Shown: positions 49,286 to 59,289 of the stretch, in pieces
Position numbering within the stretch: the stretch's first letter is position 1
Layout of the letters: every line of letters starts with the position of its first letter
Source: Thermoproteota archaeon
GTDB lineage: Archaea; Asgardarchaeota; Njordarchaeia; Njordarchaeales; Panguiarchaeaceae
Direction of reading: 5' to 3'
DNA length: 64,000 nucleotides
Assembly (NCBI GenBank): GCA_024720975.1
Contig: JANJXX010000004.1
Location: forward strand, 32,517-96,516
Program-made: the position numbers and the translations under genes
The notes under the pieces: model-generated
What the model was told of the DNA's origin: nothing
Databases searched by the model: none
What the model saw: only the letters and a program-made list of their open reading frames with translations

Positions 49286-49536
49286 TTCCGTCCCTTTAAG
49301 ACCAATGCTTTTCCAAAGTTAATGCCGGAGAGAATGGAGGCAATTCCATTCAGAGTTATAAATACTGGGTCACGTATGGTTATCGCATGCATTGTTAAGA
49401 GGATACTGCCAAAGAAGTATAGCATCAAAAATTCGATTCTTGCAGGTTTTTCTAACTTCTTTAGGGTCTTTATTGTCTCTGGAATCCAGGCAATTACTAT
49501 TAGAACTAAACCTATAAGACCTATCAGTTCCAGCAC
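49282..49536 (-). CDS. SemiSWEET/PQ-loop-like 3-TM protein
   Basis: 84 aa with 3 TMs, 'AWIPE' (PQ variant), conserved Asn in TM3 'ITLNG'. Confidence 0.6.
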   Translation of the reverse strand: MLELIGLIGLVLIVIAWIPETIKTLKKLEKPARIEFLMLYFFGSILLTMHAITIRDPVFITLNGIASILSGINFGKALVLKGRK

Positions 49537-49592
49537 CCTGATTATTCCACAGCCGTATATGTGATATTTTTACGGAAATTTATATCCTACTT

Positions 49593-50636
49593 TTGAGAAA
49601 TAAAAAGTGGCTGGCGATGAATATGCGATTCGTTACTTGTAAGGAACCACCAAAACAACTAAGTGGAAGGAAAATTGCAATAATTGGAGCAGGGCCAGCT
49701 GGTCTGACTGCTGCTGGAATTCTGGTCTGTAAAGGGCACAGTATTGATGTCTATGATATTCTTCCAGAGCCCGGCGGCTTGCTAGTGTTTGGGATACCAA
49801 CCATAAGAATGCCCAAAGATAAAATTATGGAGGGTATTAATGAACTCGAGAGATTCGGCGTGAGATTTATCCTAGGGAAGACTATTGGCAAGGACATACC
49901 ATTTGATAGAATCCTCAGTGAATACGATGCCGTAATAATAGCTACTGGTGCCTGGAAAGAGGTACAACCTGACGTCCCCGGAGCTAACGCCAGGGGAGTT
50001 CACCTAGCGTTAGACTTTCTCCTAAAGGTAGCTCTAGTCGAAAGAGGCCATCTAGAAAGGGATAAGTTACCTAAAGTAGGCAGACGAGTAATCATAATTG
50101 GAGGTGGAAACACAGCTATTGATGCCGCCATTACATCTCGACATTACGGGGCTGAAGAGGTTATAATTGCCTATAGGAGAACTAGAGAGCATATGCCAGC
50201 ACATGAGACCGAAATACGTACAGCGGAGAAAGCTGGAGTAAAGTTCATGTTCTTGGTTAGTCCGACAAGGGTTATTCCAGACGCGAGCGAAAGTGTAAAG
50301 GCAATAGAGCTTGAAGAAATGACACTAGGAGAGCCTGATGCCAGCGGAAGACCACAACCAGTTCCAACTGGGAGGAAAACGACGATTGAGTGCGATACTG
50401 TAATTTTTGCAATAGGACAAAAACCTACACCTCCGTTCGACGATCCGGGAAAATATGGAATAAAAGTAGATTCTGCTGGAAGAATAATTGTCGACGAGAA
50501 CTATGCTACAACGAGACCAGGTGTGTTTGCAATAGGCGATGTCGTAACTGGCCCGAAGGATATAGCATCAGCAATAAAGGCTGCAAAAGTGGCTGCTGAA
50601 GCCGTTGATAGGTACCTAGCCGTGATGCCCCGCTAA
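49593..50636 (+). CDS. GltD/SudA-like FAD/NAD(P)-dependent oxidoreductase lacking N-terminal FeS domain
   Basis: 'IIGAGPAGL', 'GGLLVFGIP', 'GGGNTAIDAA', 'YRR', 'GEPDASGRP.P', 'AIGD'. Confidence 0.88.
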   Translation: MRNKKWLAMNMRFVTCKEPPKQLSGRKIAIIGAGPAGLTAAGILVCKGHSIDVYDILPEPGGLLVFGIPTIRMPKDKIMEGINELERFGVRFILGKTIGKDIPFDRILSEYDAVIIATGAWKEVQPDVPGANARGVHLALDFLLKVALVERGHLERDKLPKVGRRVIIIGGGNTAIDAAITSRHYGAEEVIIAYRRTREHMPAHETEIRTAEKAGVKFMFLVSPTRVIPDASESVKAIELEEMTLGEPDASGRPQPVPTGRKTTIECDTVIFAIGQKPTPPFDDPGKYGIKVDSAGRIIVDENYATTRPGVFAIGDVVTGPKDIASAIKAAKVAAEAVDRYLAVMPR

Positions 50637-50644
50637 GAGAATTT

Positions 50645-51664
50645 CTAGGAGGTACCAATGAACGAAACTACATCGCTTGCAATGTTCTCTAGCTCTCTTT
50701 TATTTGAGAACCAGTAGAATTTAACTTTGTTTGCTAGATGCCCCAAATATTCAAATGACTCCCTGCGTGCTACAACAATTAGTGGTATTCCCATTTCAGA
50801 AGCTCTTCTAATCTTTATTTCCTTGTTTATCAAGTACTTGACTCGATAATATCCAACTATCTCAATGTATACCTTTCTATTTCCTAGAGTCACCTCGAAA
50901 TCTGGTATGAATACTAAGTCACCAATTAGTATTGGTGCATCTTTTCTTACGCTTACCCCAAGTTTCTTAAGCGCCTCATAGAATATGCTCTCAAAAGTAC
51001 TATCAAAAACTTTGTGTTTGAATGCCGTCGCAATTGGAGTTCCCTGGATAATGATCTTCCTTCCATTCTGCAGCATTACCTTCACTTTTGAACCGTATCC
51101 AAGAATTGCCGCCATCGGCTCTAGGCTAAGTTCACTTGCTCGAATATATGCAATAATTTCTTCATTCTCCTCTATATGTGTATCGGCTCTAAGCCTCCTT
51201 GCTATAAATAGTACGTCTTTAACCAGAGTCCCTCCTTCTATTTTTGGGAAATGCAAAGTTACCATTACAGCTCGTTTAAGGAGGCGTCTAACTATGAGGA
51301 AGTTTATTATACCCGTGAGGAGCTTAGGTTCTAAGTTGGCCTTCTGAGAGAGTGTCTTATGACCATTAAACCATGCCAGGAATAGCTGTTTATCTATGCC
51401 CTGCTCTTTGCAGAACCTATCTATGAGATCATCAAGCATACCCAATCTAATGAATTCGCCAGAGTATCTTCTCCAAGCCTCTTTTATCTCTGCTGGTAAT
51501 TCAACTGGTCTTTCCTCATAGAATATCTCTAATGCACTCATAACAGCAGGAATTAATCTCTTTGGAACTTGCTCCATTAGTTTATCGTAGATATCTGCAA
51601 AACTTGCTGAATTTCTTGCAATTTCAATTATCTTTTCGGATAGGTTTTCATCAGCAAACCTCAT
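50645..51664 (-). CDS. DUF790/Bax1-like nuclease (divergent)
   Basis: 'FDSTFESIF', 'VFIPDF', 'VYIEIVGYY..KYL..K' match the DUF790 C-terminal nuclease. Confidence 0.75.
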   Translation of the reverse strand: MRFADENLSEKIIEIARNSASFADIYDKLMEQVPKRLIPAVMSALEIFYEERPVELPAEIKEAWRRYSGEFIRLGMLDDLIDRFCKEQGIDKQLFLAWFNGHKTLSQKANLEPKLLTGIINFLIVRRLLKRAVMVTLHFPKIEGGTLVKDVLFIARRLRADTHIEENEEIIAYIRASELSLEPMAAILGYGSKVKVMLQNGRKIIIQGTPIATAFKHKVFDSTFESIFYEALKKLGVSVRKDAPILIGDLVFIPDFEVTLGNRKVYIEIVGYYRVKYLINKEIKIRRASEMGIPLIVVARRESFEYLGHLANKVKFYWFSNKRELENIASDVVSFIGTS

Positions 51665-52101
51665 ATTAAGTCCTCCAGCGCCTTGATGATCACTTCTTGG
51701 ATCATATCTATAGTCTCTCTAACAACTAAATATCTTGTAACGCCATTTGAATCCTTATCGCATTTGATTAGGTTTATACTCAGTGCGCTTTTTATCCAGG
51801 CTCTAGTAACTTTTGCTGATCCTACACGCATTTGCAGCTCTCTAAAGTAGAACTCCCTCAACTCAATCGCATGAAAGAACGCCCCACCAAAACCACTTAA
51901 GGTATTTAGAATCTTCTCAAGCAGTTGGTATGACTTTTCCCATCCTTGCCACACTAAACTCTCCACTTGTTCGCTCTTTCCCTCAAGTTTAGCTATCTCT
52001 AAAGCCTTTTTCAAGTAAGAATCATCCACTTCATCGTATACATATTTCTTTATTCTCTCTGCCAACTTATTGGGTATAATTCGCCAAATAAATGACAACA
52101 T
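51661..52101 (-). CDS. small protein with C-terminal winged-helix-like motif
   Basis: 'AKVTRAWIKSALSINLIKC...TRYLV'. Confidence 0.6.
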   Translation of the reverse strand: MLSFIWRIIPNKLAERIKKYVYDEVDDSYLKKALEIAKLEGKSEQVESLVWQGWEKSYQLLEKILNTLSGFGGAFFHAIELREFYFRELQMRVGSAKVTRAWIKSALSINLIKCDKDSNGVTRYLVVRETIDMIQEVIIKALEDLI

Positions 52102-52104
52102 AAG

Positions 52105-52359
52105 CTACCTCGAGAGTTTTTCTAGGAGTTCTTCGAAACTCCTAGTAATTTCCTCAATGAGTCTCCTAATGCCATCTCTTTGAACCCTCATTATGCCTCC
52201 ACTAATCTCAATTATGCCTAGTCTCTTCGCGCTTTCAAGCCATACCCTAGCTTTAGCTGTATCCGGAATTCTGCTGGGATCTTGAAGATATTTCTTGAGC
52301 TCCGGTCCAAATGTTGTTAAGAATATTGCTAAATCTCTAAGATCGTCTTGGCTAAGCAT
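52105..52359 (-). CDS. small winged-helix-like protein
   Basis: 'AKARVWLESAKRLGIIEISGGIMRV', similar to the neighbouring ORF. Confidence 0.6.
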   Translation of the reverse strand: MLSQDDLRDLAIFLTTFGPELKKYLQDPSRIPDTAKARVWLESAKRLGIIEISGGIMRVQRDGIRRLIEEITRSFEELLEKLSR

Positions 52360-53389
52360 CAGCTATTCCCTCATCCGTTATTTTAATTTTGCATTCTCCA
52401 GGCGGCAGCCATGAAGAATCCATGATTGACACCCTGCGGTAGGGATCTGTTGCTCTTACGAGAAGGAGCCGCGTATCAACAGTATGACCTAGTACATGAC
52501 CACCTGTAGGTTTAAATCCAAGCCCGATTGTTCCTACCGACGCAACAACCTGATTTGTTACCAAAACAACAGCTTCATAGTTTATTGCTATTCTTCTCAG
52601 CTTCTCTGCCATGTCTAGTATCAACCTCTGTCTGGCGTATAATTCTCCTTGCCCTGAGAAGTCTGCTCTAGGTAACTTTGTGAGGCTATCAACAACCACG
52701 AGTTTTGCATTATTTTCCCTGACAACACTTACAAGACTCTCAATGATACGCTTCTGATCCCAGGCGTTCTCCGGCCTACTTATGATTATCCTCTTCATCA
52801 CTTCTTTTTCGTCCAAGTTGAATCTCTTGATAATTTTCTTGAACCTATTTACGGAGAAAGTTCTTTCACTGTCAATTATAACAGCCGAGATATCACCATC
52901 ATTCAACCCCCAATGTTCCTTCTGATTCCCCTTTCTAGCTTCACCCTGCTCCGTTTCCTGCAATATTTCTTGAATCTCCTTCTGACTCATTGAAGGAAGA
53001 AAAACCGTGGCTAGTGCAGTAAAACAAGCCTGACTCTTGCCAGAACCGTAGGGACCAGCTAACTCTGTTACTTCACCAACACACCATCCTCCTTGTAGCA
53101 GTCTATTAAGTGCATGTGCACCAGTTGACATAAACCTTTTCTTCTCACTGGTTTTCTCGAGCTCAGCAATTGGCATAAACCTTTTCCTGTGCTGGTCTAG
53201 AAACTCTATCGCTTTGTCCAATATTTTCTCGCACGTTTCTTTAGATAAGCCCGTTATCTCAGCTAGTCTAGTTGGGCTGTACAGCAATATGTCCTTAATA
53301 TAGTATATTCCGGCAGACTCTAACGCAGCTAGCGTTTGCTTTTGAAGTTTTAGCTCATGCACTGTGTATTCCTTAGACATCACTACCAC
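52352..53389 (-). CDS. RadA/Rad51-family recombinase paralog with N-terminal HhH domain
   Basis: HhH N-domain, Walker A GPYGSGKSQ, 'IDSERTF', 'VVDSL', 'TNQV', 'GGHVLGH'. Carries a ~27 aa insertion and divergent loops. Confidence 0.85.
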   Translation of the reverse strand: MVVMSKEYTVHELKLQKQTLAALESAGIYYIKDILLYSPTRLAEITGLSKETCEKILDKAIEFLDQHRKRFMPIAELEKTSEKKRFMSTGAHALNRLLQGGWCVGEVTELAGPYGSGKSQACFTALATVFLPSMSQKEIQEILQETEQGEARKGNQKEHWGLNDGDISAVIIDSERTFSVNRFKKIIKRFNLDEKEVMKRIIISRPENAWDQKRIIESLVSVVRENNAKLVVVDSLTKLPRADFSGQGELYARQRLILDMAEKLRRIAINYEAVVLVTNQVVASVGTIGLGFKPTGGHVLGHTVDTRLLLVRATDPYRRVSIMDSSWLPPGECKIKITDEGIADA

Positions 53390-53436
53390 TAAATTACATT
53401 AATGCTAAATTACTATTTTATCCAACTGAAGATAAA

Positions 53437-54105
53437 TTGGTGCGGTTCTTGATAAGCCTAGTCTACATATGCTCTATGGTTATGCAAATAGCACTGGATA
53501 TAAATCTTCTCATACTAGCATGGGTCCTTTACGCGTTATTGCAGTACTGCTGGAGTGGCATGTCTAAATTCATCTCAATCCTCTTACTTCCGGGAACGCT
53601 TATTCACGTGGCATCGCACTATCTGCTGGCTAAACTGCTGAACATAAAACCTTATGTAACCCTTAGCATAATACCAGATGAGAGCCATCGAGCTGGACTA
53701 TACACAAGCACCAATATCTATAGAATAAACTCTTGGAGGATTGGCTTTGTGGCCATGGCTCCATTGATGATTTCATTACCAATGATAATCCTTCTTAGAT
53801 GGATACTCAAAGTTGCAATCAATCTAGGTTCATACGCAGCTAGCCTAATTATAGCATGGCTTCTGATTTCTATATTCGTCTGCGGTCTCCCATCACTAGC
53901 TGACCTAGGATTTATAGCTAGTAACGTGATTATCAAGCACCCAGATACTATAATAGCCTTGCTTCTCCTGCCAACAATCTACATACTTGGAACAATGGCA
54001 TATGATAACGAAGTCGCAGTCTACGGGACAGCACTATACATCACTTTAGTAGCAATGGCCTCTATTCTAGGAGAAGCAAAGAAGGAAGAGATAATCATCG
54101 ACTAG
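53437..54105 (+). CDS. M50-like membrane protein with degenerate HExxH (HVASH)
   Basis: 'LPGTLIHVASH', 'AMAPL', 'PSLAD'. About 6 TMs. Confidence 0.6.
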   Translation: MVRFLISLVYICSMVMQIALDINLLILAWVLYALLQYCWSGMSKFISILLLPGTLIHVASHYLLAKLLNIKPYVTLSIIPDESHRAGLYTSTNIYRINSWRIGFVAMAPLMISLPMIILLRWILKVAINLGSYAASLIIAWLLISIFVCGLPSLADLGFIASNVIIKHPDTIIALLLLPTIYILGTMAYDNEVAVYGTALYITLVAMASILGEAKKEEIIID

Positions 54106-54203
54106 AGGAACAGCTATCATGAGTGCCTTCCTAGCAGGTTTTTAACGAGATGTTAGCAATGCCAAACCACAATTTACAAGAAGGCATTTAAAAATATTTT
54201 TTA

Positions 54204-55151
54204 GTGTACTCGACGTGCTCATACAGGTGCTTAATGATGGACTTGTCAGTGACAAAGAGAGTCTTATTGTTTGTTGCTATCTCATACTCTCTGGCTATAC
54301 TTATAGACTGTATAATTTTCTATCTAAACCAGCTTGAATACGCCTTCCTGTGGGGATTTGCTAGAATGTGGAGTGTCACGCTAGCTACTATAATATGCTT
54401 ATACATTGGTCGAGAAAGTATTTTGACTTCACTAAAGAGTATAATAAACCCAGTCAAGAAAGTTCTAAAACCGTATCTTATTGCTCCATTTGTTGTTTAT
54501 TTAGCACTCTGCATTTATATTGCCATAGCCACTCCGCTAAATTTATTCAACCTTAACGCTTATATTAGCGCCATAGTGGAGTTTCTAGTAGAGCATGGCG
54601 TCCCCGAAGAGCAAGCTCGAATGATAGCTATTATTGCCGTGTATAGCATCTTCATCCTCGGTTACATATATGCGATAACAATCAATGCACTCTTTGCCCT
54701 AGGGGAGGAAATTGGTTGGAGAGGTTATTTATTTGATCAACTAAAGAATAGACCAATGTACCTATCCACAATAATAATAGGTCTTATATGGGGATATTGG
54801 CATACATCGGCAATAATTCTCCTCGGGCACAACTACTATATCAATAGATTCCTGGGAGGATTCGTGCTTTTTCCACTATTCACGACTGCTATAACCTATC
54901 CATATCTGGAGCTGGTGAGGAGGTCAAAAAGTGTTCTACCCGCAGCATCACTACATGGGGCTCTAAATGCGCTGTGGGGTATAACAATAGTGGCCTCAAC
55001 ACTACCGCCAGAAGCCAGTGAGATATACCTAGGACTCGGAGTATTAGGTATAGTTTCTTGGACTATATTAAGCGTGGCATTGTATCTAGCACTAAGATTC
55101 CGCCAGCGTTATCTCCTAACACCGAAGAAAACCAACTTAGAGACGCCTTAG
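54204..55151 (+). CDS. CPBP intramembrane protease (second copy; start probably ~54235)
   Basis: 'GEEIGWRGYL', 'WGYWH', 'HGALN'. Confidence 0.9.
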   Translation: MYSTCSYRCLMMDLSVTKRVLLFVAISYSLAILIDCIIFYLNQLEYAFLWGFARMWSVTLATIICLYIGRESILTSLKSIINPVKKVLKPYLIAPFVVYLALCIYIAIATPLNLFNLNAYISAIVEFLVEHGVPEEQARMIAIIAVYSIFILGYIYAITINALFALGEEIGWRGYLFDQLKNRPMYLSTIIIGLIWGYWHTSAIILLGHNYYINRFLGGFVLFPLFTTAITYPYLELVRRSKSVLPAASLHGALNALWGITIVASTLPPEASEIYLGLGVLGIVSWTILSVALYLALRFRQRYLLTPKKTNLETP

Positions 55152-55159
55152 AAACCTCC

Positions 55160-56098
55160 TCAAAGAAAAGAGCTTGCGATTTTCCAGAGAGGTCGACATT
55201 TAATTTCTCCACTTATATTTCTACCTTCGATCATGACTCTTTTTACCACTCTATTTTCTGTGATCACTGTTGGGACGTCTAGCTCAAGCGGATCCCTAGT
55301 AACTATAGTTACATGTCCTCTCTTAAGCAATTTGATCGCAGATCTCCATGGATAGGGCAAGGCGACTACAAGATCATAGGGCCACATATTTGTTGCTATC
55401 TCCAGAGCTAGCTTTTGTTGTACTGCTGGTAATCCTGTCAAATCCAAATAAGCTCTTTGTGGCAATTGTTCATCTTCGACTAAGACTGACCATCTAAATA
55501 ATTCGTCTATCTCTGGCATTGGCATTAGTATTGCTTCTTCATCTGCCATTAACTTCTGTAGTCTTGCTTTTATTATTCCTACAATATGCTCTACCCTCTT
55601 ATTAAATGCTCTCGCTAGTATTGAGGCCAGATCGTATAGCTTTGTTTCACTAGTTGGTACTGGAAAGCCGTCAATCTCGATGAATTCGGCGCTCGGTATT
55701 TGGTTCCCTACAAGGTCAATCCATAGCAACTGCTGTCCGGAAAGATAGAGAGCTGCTCTTATATCATCTACTGCTATAGGTTTGGATATATCTACCCTAA
55801 CAATGTTTCCCCTATCTCCTATGCCTACTGGAACTCCCTCCGAGATTTTTTCCAGGAGTTGGACTAAAACTCTAAAGCTAAATTTTGCTGACATTGGTTC
55901 CTTTGAGAAGCCTATACCTAGATGCTTCAATGCTCTCAACAATTCTTTCGGTGCATTAACTTCTATCACAGCTCTTGCATAGGGCTCTATAATTTCAAGA
56001 ATTCTGACCCTTATCTCGGCTCCAAATTTTTCCGACGCTTTAAGATAGTCCCTCTTGATAGAATCTTTCAAAGACTTCGGGTTGACATAGTAGGTCAT
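55160..56098 (-). CDS. hypothetical protein, possibly an inactivated HerA/VirB4-like ATPase derivative
   Basis: 'GVPVG...GNIVRVD', 'LLWIDLVG', 'YLDLTGLPAVQQ'. No Walker A. Confidence 0.5.
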   Translation of the reverse strand: MTYYVNPKSLKDSIKRDYLKASEKFGAEIRVRILEIIEPYARAVIEVNAPKELLRALKHLGIGFSKEPMSAKFSFRVLVQLLEKISEGVPVGIGDRGNIVRVDISKPIAVDDIRAALYLSGQQLLWIDLVGNQIPSAEFIEIDGFPVPTSETKLYDLASILARAFNKRVEHIVGIIKARLQKLMADEEAILMPMPEIDELFRWSVLVEDEQLPQRAYLDLTGLPAVQQKLALEIATNMWPYDLVVALPYPWRSAIKLLKRGHVTIVTRDPLELDVPTVITENRVVKRVMIEGRNISGEIKCRPLWKIASSFL

Positions 56099-59000
56099 TG
56101 TCTTCCTCTCTTCCTTGTATGCGTCAAACCTATTCCTAGAACAATTCCAAGCAGAAGAGTCGAAACAAATAGTGGAATATTCTTGAACTCCAGCGGACTG
56201 GTACTTTTCACAGACTCCCTTTCAATTATTATGTGAAGTATAATTGACGCATAATTACCAGCTAAGTCATAGGCTCCAATAATAAAGTAATATTCTCCAA
56301 CACCCAAATCGAGAATACTATTTGTGGAGATTTCGACTTTAAAGCTCTCATAAATCAGAATTATCTTGGAGATTCCAGAGAGATCTTCTATATCAAGGAC
56401 TATGTTTACCTGAGCCTTTTCTTCTTTAGTAGTTATTACGGTGTTGTTTTGTGGCTCAATCAGATTTATCACAGGCGGGCTCGGATCAAATCCAATTATG
56501 AAGACCTTGCAACTAAAGTCCCTATAACCGCTAGCTTCAATGCGAATAATGTTAATGCCTATCTCAAGTTCTATAGATGTGGTTATGTTTGACTGATAGT
56601 TTGACACTAAAGTAGCATTTCTAAATATGGATACTCTATCAGCAGCGCCATAGATCCGAATAGTAACGTTAATTGCAGGAGTGTTCTGCCACGTATTGTT
56701 TGGAGCTTGAACTTCCAGGGTGAGGGGTATGTCCACGATGAACCAAGTTCTATTTTCACAGACTCTATCTATATGATCCCTAGCAACTATTGTTACACTA
56801 TAATTTCCCTCGGCTAGGTTTGTTAGAGTTAATTCTCCCTCACTCTCAATATAACTCACGAAGGATCCATTGAGGTACAGCTCTGCATTCTTCACCATTA
56901 GATCATCTGAAATTTTCCACGCAACTTTGACTGTTTTCTGGTTGAATAACTCACCCGTGTTTGGGGACAGTATCACGACTTTGGGAGGGGCTAAGTCCAG
57001 TACCAGGGTGAGATTCTTTAGGTAATAGCTGCAGTTAATGTATAAGACCGAAGAGAATAGACCATACCTACCTAACCCCCCATAACATCCATCAAAGTTA
57101 AGTGTAGCCTTCCCTCTGCTCGTAAGTGCTACTATTTTACTCCTGCCAAACACAGCGGATTCGCAACCACCATTTACCTGTTCGTCAAAGCTTATTACTT
57201 CAGCAGACCCATCAGTGAATATTCTTTTAACCACAGTGCCATTTAAAAAGCCATAGCTACCAGCAAGCGAAATGACTGAGAACACCCACTCTGACGCTCT
57301 GAAAACCCTTGGTGGGGTGCTCCATATTGCACTACCATTCTCAAGAATGCACATCGTATAGTTCCAATGCAGGGTCGCATTTCTAGCGTAAACTACGCAA
57401 GCAATCTCAAATTTTCCGTCCCTATCCTTATCTCCAGCGACAACAGATGCTCCTGCAACGTTTGAGTTCTGAAGGCTTATTTGAATTGTTCTTGCTAGAT
57501 TTCCGTTGACATATATTGCTACCTCTGTGTATCCAGTCGTATTCTTTATCAGAGAGAAAATCCAGTATGAGCCGAGCGAGTATATTGATACTGGCTTGTA
57601 TCCTGACGGAGGATTCCATCTAGTAACAACACCTGTTGAAACTGTGAGTATGTCGAGTGTGCCGTTATCCCTCATTATGTAAATCTTACTCCCATCAAAG
57701 TCTGCCGCCAGACAGTTTGTTGCATTCATATTTATAGAGGCTATCTTCCCTCCCCTTTGGATCGTCACAATATCAGAATCAAAGACCAAAATTGCCAAAT
57801 CTGACGCCGCTACAGCAGACAAAATCACTTTCTGAGTTGAGAAGGTTACAGAATAGTCCATCCAGAATACAACTGCGTGATGCGCATTATAGATCACCAA
57901 CGTATTTTTGTCTATTTGATAATTCCACCCGGCGTTAAGAAATGGTCTTGAAACAAGGAGATCTGAGCCTCGTATACTCAAGCAGGAACCTCTCCTTGAT
58001 ACTGCAAATATATTATCCAAACTCTCTAGGAGTATAGATTCATCCTCAACCTGAAAGACTTCTCGTAGAACTAATGTCTTATCGTATACCTTGAGGTCGT
58101 TCCCAGTTAACATTGCTACGCCTTCGCAATATAAAGCTGCTTGGTCGATATATTCACTGATCGTATAAACTCCAACTACACTGGAGGTATCATTGGCTGT
58201 ATCTATAAGAGCGAGGAAAGTCGAATTGTAAACTAGAAACTCAACACTCTCATCCCGATCTATGTCCATACAACTAAAGCGTCTCAAGCTGTATATAAGC
58301 GTTCTCCAATCTATGGAATCAGCCATCTCAAAATATGTAAGCGAGCCGTTTATGATCTTGAGAACAAAACAACTGGTGCCAACACAGCCAATTGAATATA
58401 CAATATCCTTGAGTCTGGCCATGGGTGAGCATGGTGCCATTGAAGCGAAGCGCGTTGCCACTGGGTTGTAATATGTCCAATTCAATATCAAATTGTTGTC
58501 AAGATATCTTACGAGTCCAAGGAGATACTTACCGGAATAGTCTATGTCAAGAAGCTGTGCAGAACTACCAGCATACATTACTAAGGTCTCATTTAGAGAC
58601 TCGCCATCAATGCTGAGATATGCAATTTTACCTGAGTTGTATTTCCACAATACTATTATAGGCTTGGGGTCAGTTAACATAGCAAAAAGCGCTTCAGTAT
58701 AGTTACCATCATGATTTAGAGTCCAGATAATTTTGAGGTCACTATCGAGCAAGTAAACCTTAGTAGCTGTAAGGACAACAAGTTCATATTCCTGATCATT
58801 ATCAATATCTTCATAATCTACCGATAAAATTGCTTCATTAGTTCGAAAAATTCTATCAGTACCATTTATGTGAATGTAATCCACTCCCTGAATAACAAAC
58901 TTATCACCGGCATAATGGACATCGGATATCTCACCCAGAGGGTAAAGGGCTAGAGTCTTTGTCTCAACTACAGGAATTTCACTCGATTTTGCATTATCTA

Positions 59001-59184
59001 ATGTTTCAGAATAAGCGGTATGTATCGCCCTGCAATTCGCAGCTTGAGCGATGTGAATAATTGGACTATCACCACTGAAATTGGTCTCAATCTCTTGACT
59101 TTTTGTAGTACTTAAGGGAGTGATCACTTGAAAGAGTACTACTAGAAGTATTGCTAATTGCACGCAAGAAAGTCTCTTAACCAC
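56095..59184 (-). CDS. large surface glycoprotein: signal peptide, FG-GAP/VCBS-like beta-propeller(s), three Ig-like domains, C-terminal TM
   Basis: DxDxD..E motifs (DIDNDQEYELV, DIDRDESVEFLV, DKDRDGKFEI), 'DLAPPKVVILSP', 'DPSPPVINLIEP', 'AYDLAGN', many NxS/T sites, TM followed by RKRGR. Confidence 0.8.
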   Translation of the reverse strand: MVKRLSCVQLAILLVVLFQVITPLSTTKSQEIETNFSGDSPIIHIAQAANCRAIHTAYSETLDNAKSSEIPVVETKTLALYPLGEISDVHYAGDKFVIQGVDYIHINGTDRIFRTNEAILSVDYEDIDNDQEYELVVLTATKVYLLDSDLKIIWTLNHDGNYTEALFAMLTDPKPIIVLWKYNSGKIAYLSIDGESLNETLVMYAGSSAQLLDIDYSGKYLLGLVRYLDNNLILNWTYYNPVATRFASMAPCSPMARLKDIVYSIGCVGTSCFVLKIINGSLTYFEMADSIDWRTLIYSLRRFSCMDIDRDESVEFLVYNSTFLALIDTANDTSSVVGVYTISEYIDQAALYCEGVAMLTGNDLKVYDKTLVLREVFQVEDESILLESLDNIFAVSRRGSCLSIRGSDLLVSRPFLNAGWNYQIDKNTLVIYNAHHAVVFWMDYSVTFSTQKVILSAVAASDLAILVFDSDIVTIQRGGKIASINMNATNCLAADFDGSKIYIMRDNGTLDILTVSTGVVTRWNPPSGYKPVSIYSLGSYWIFSLIKNTTGYTEVAIYVNGNLARTIQISLQNSNVAGASVVAGDKDRDGKFEIACVVYARNATLHWNYTMCILENGSAIWSTPPRVFRASEWVFSVISLAGSYGFLNGTVVKRIFTDGSAEVISFDEQVNGGCESAVFGRSKIVALTSRGKATLNFDGCYGGLGRYGLFSSVLYINCSYYLKNLTLVLDLAPPKVVILSPNTGELFNQKTVKVAWKISDDLMVKNAELYLNGSFVSYIESEGELTLTNLAEGNYSVTIVARDHIDRVCENRTWFIVDIPLTLEVQAPNNTWQNTPAINVTIRIYGAADRVSIFRNATLVSNYQSNITTSIELEIGINIIRIEASGYRDFSCKVFIIGFDPSPPVINLIEPQNNTVITTKEEKAQVNIVLDIEDLSGISKIILIYESFKVEISTNSILDLGVGEYYFIIGAYDLAGNYASIILHIIIERESVKSTSPLEFKNIPLFVSTLLLGIVLGIGLTHTRKRGRQ

Positions 59185-59289
59185 TAGCTAGCACCTATTG
59201 TGATGCTTGATATATTTATGTGAAATTTTTGAGAAATTTGGAATATATTAGCAATACCAGAACTTCAGAACGAATTCTTGGTGCTTCTA

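Noticed and set aside
52352-53389. Calling this canonical radA, or an intein-containing radA
   Set aside because: Loop and polymerisation motifs diverge from canonical RadA. The insertion is only ~27 aa with no intein termini.
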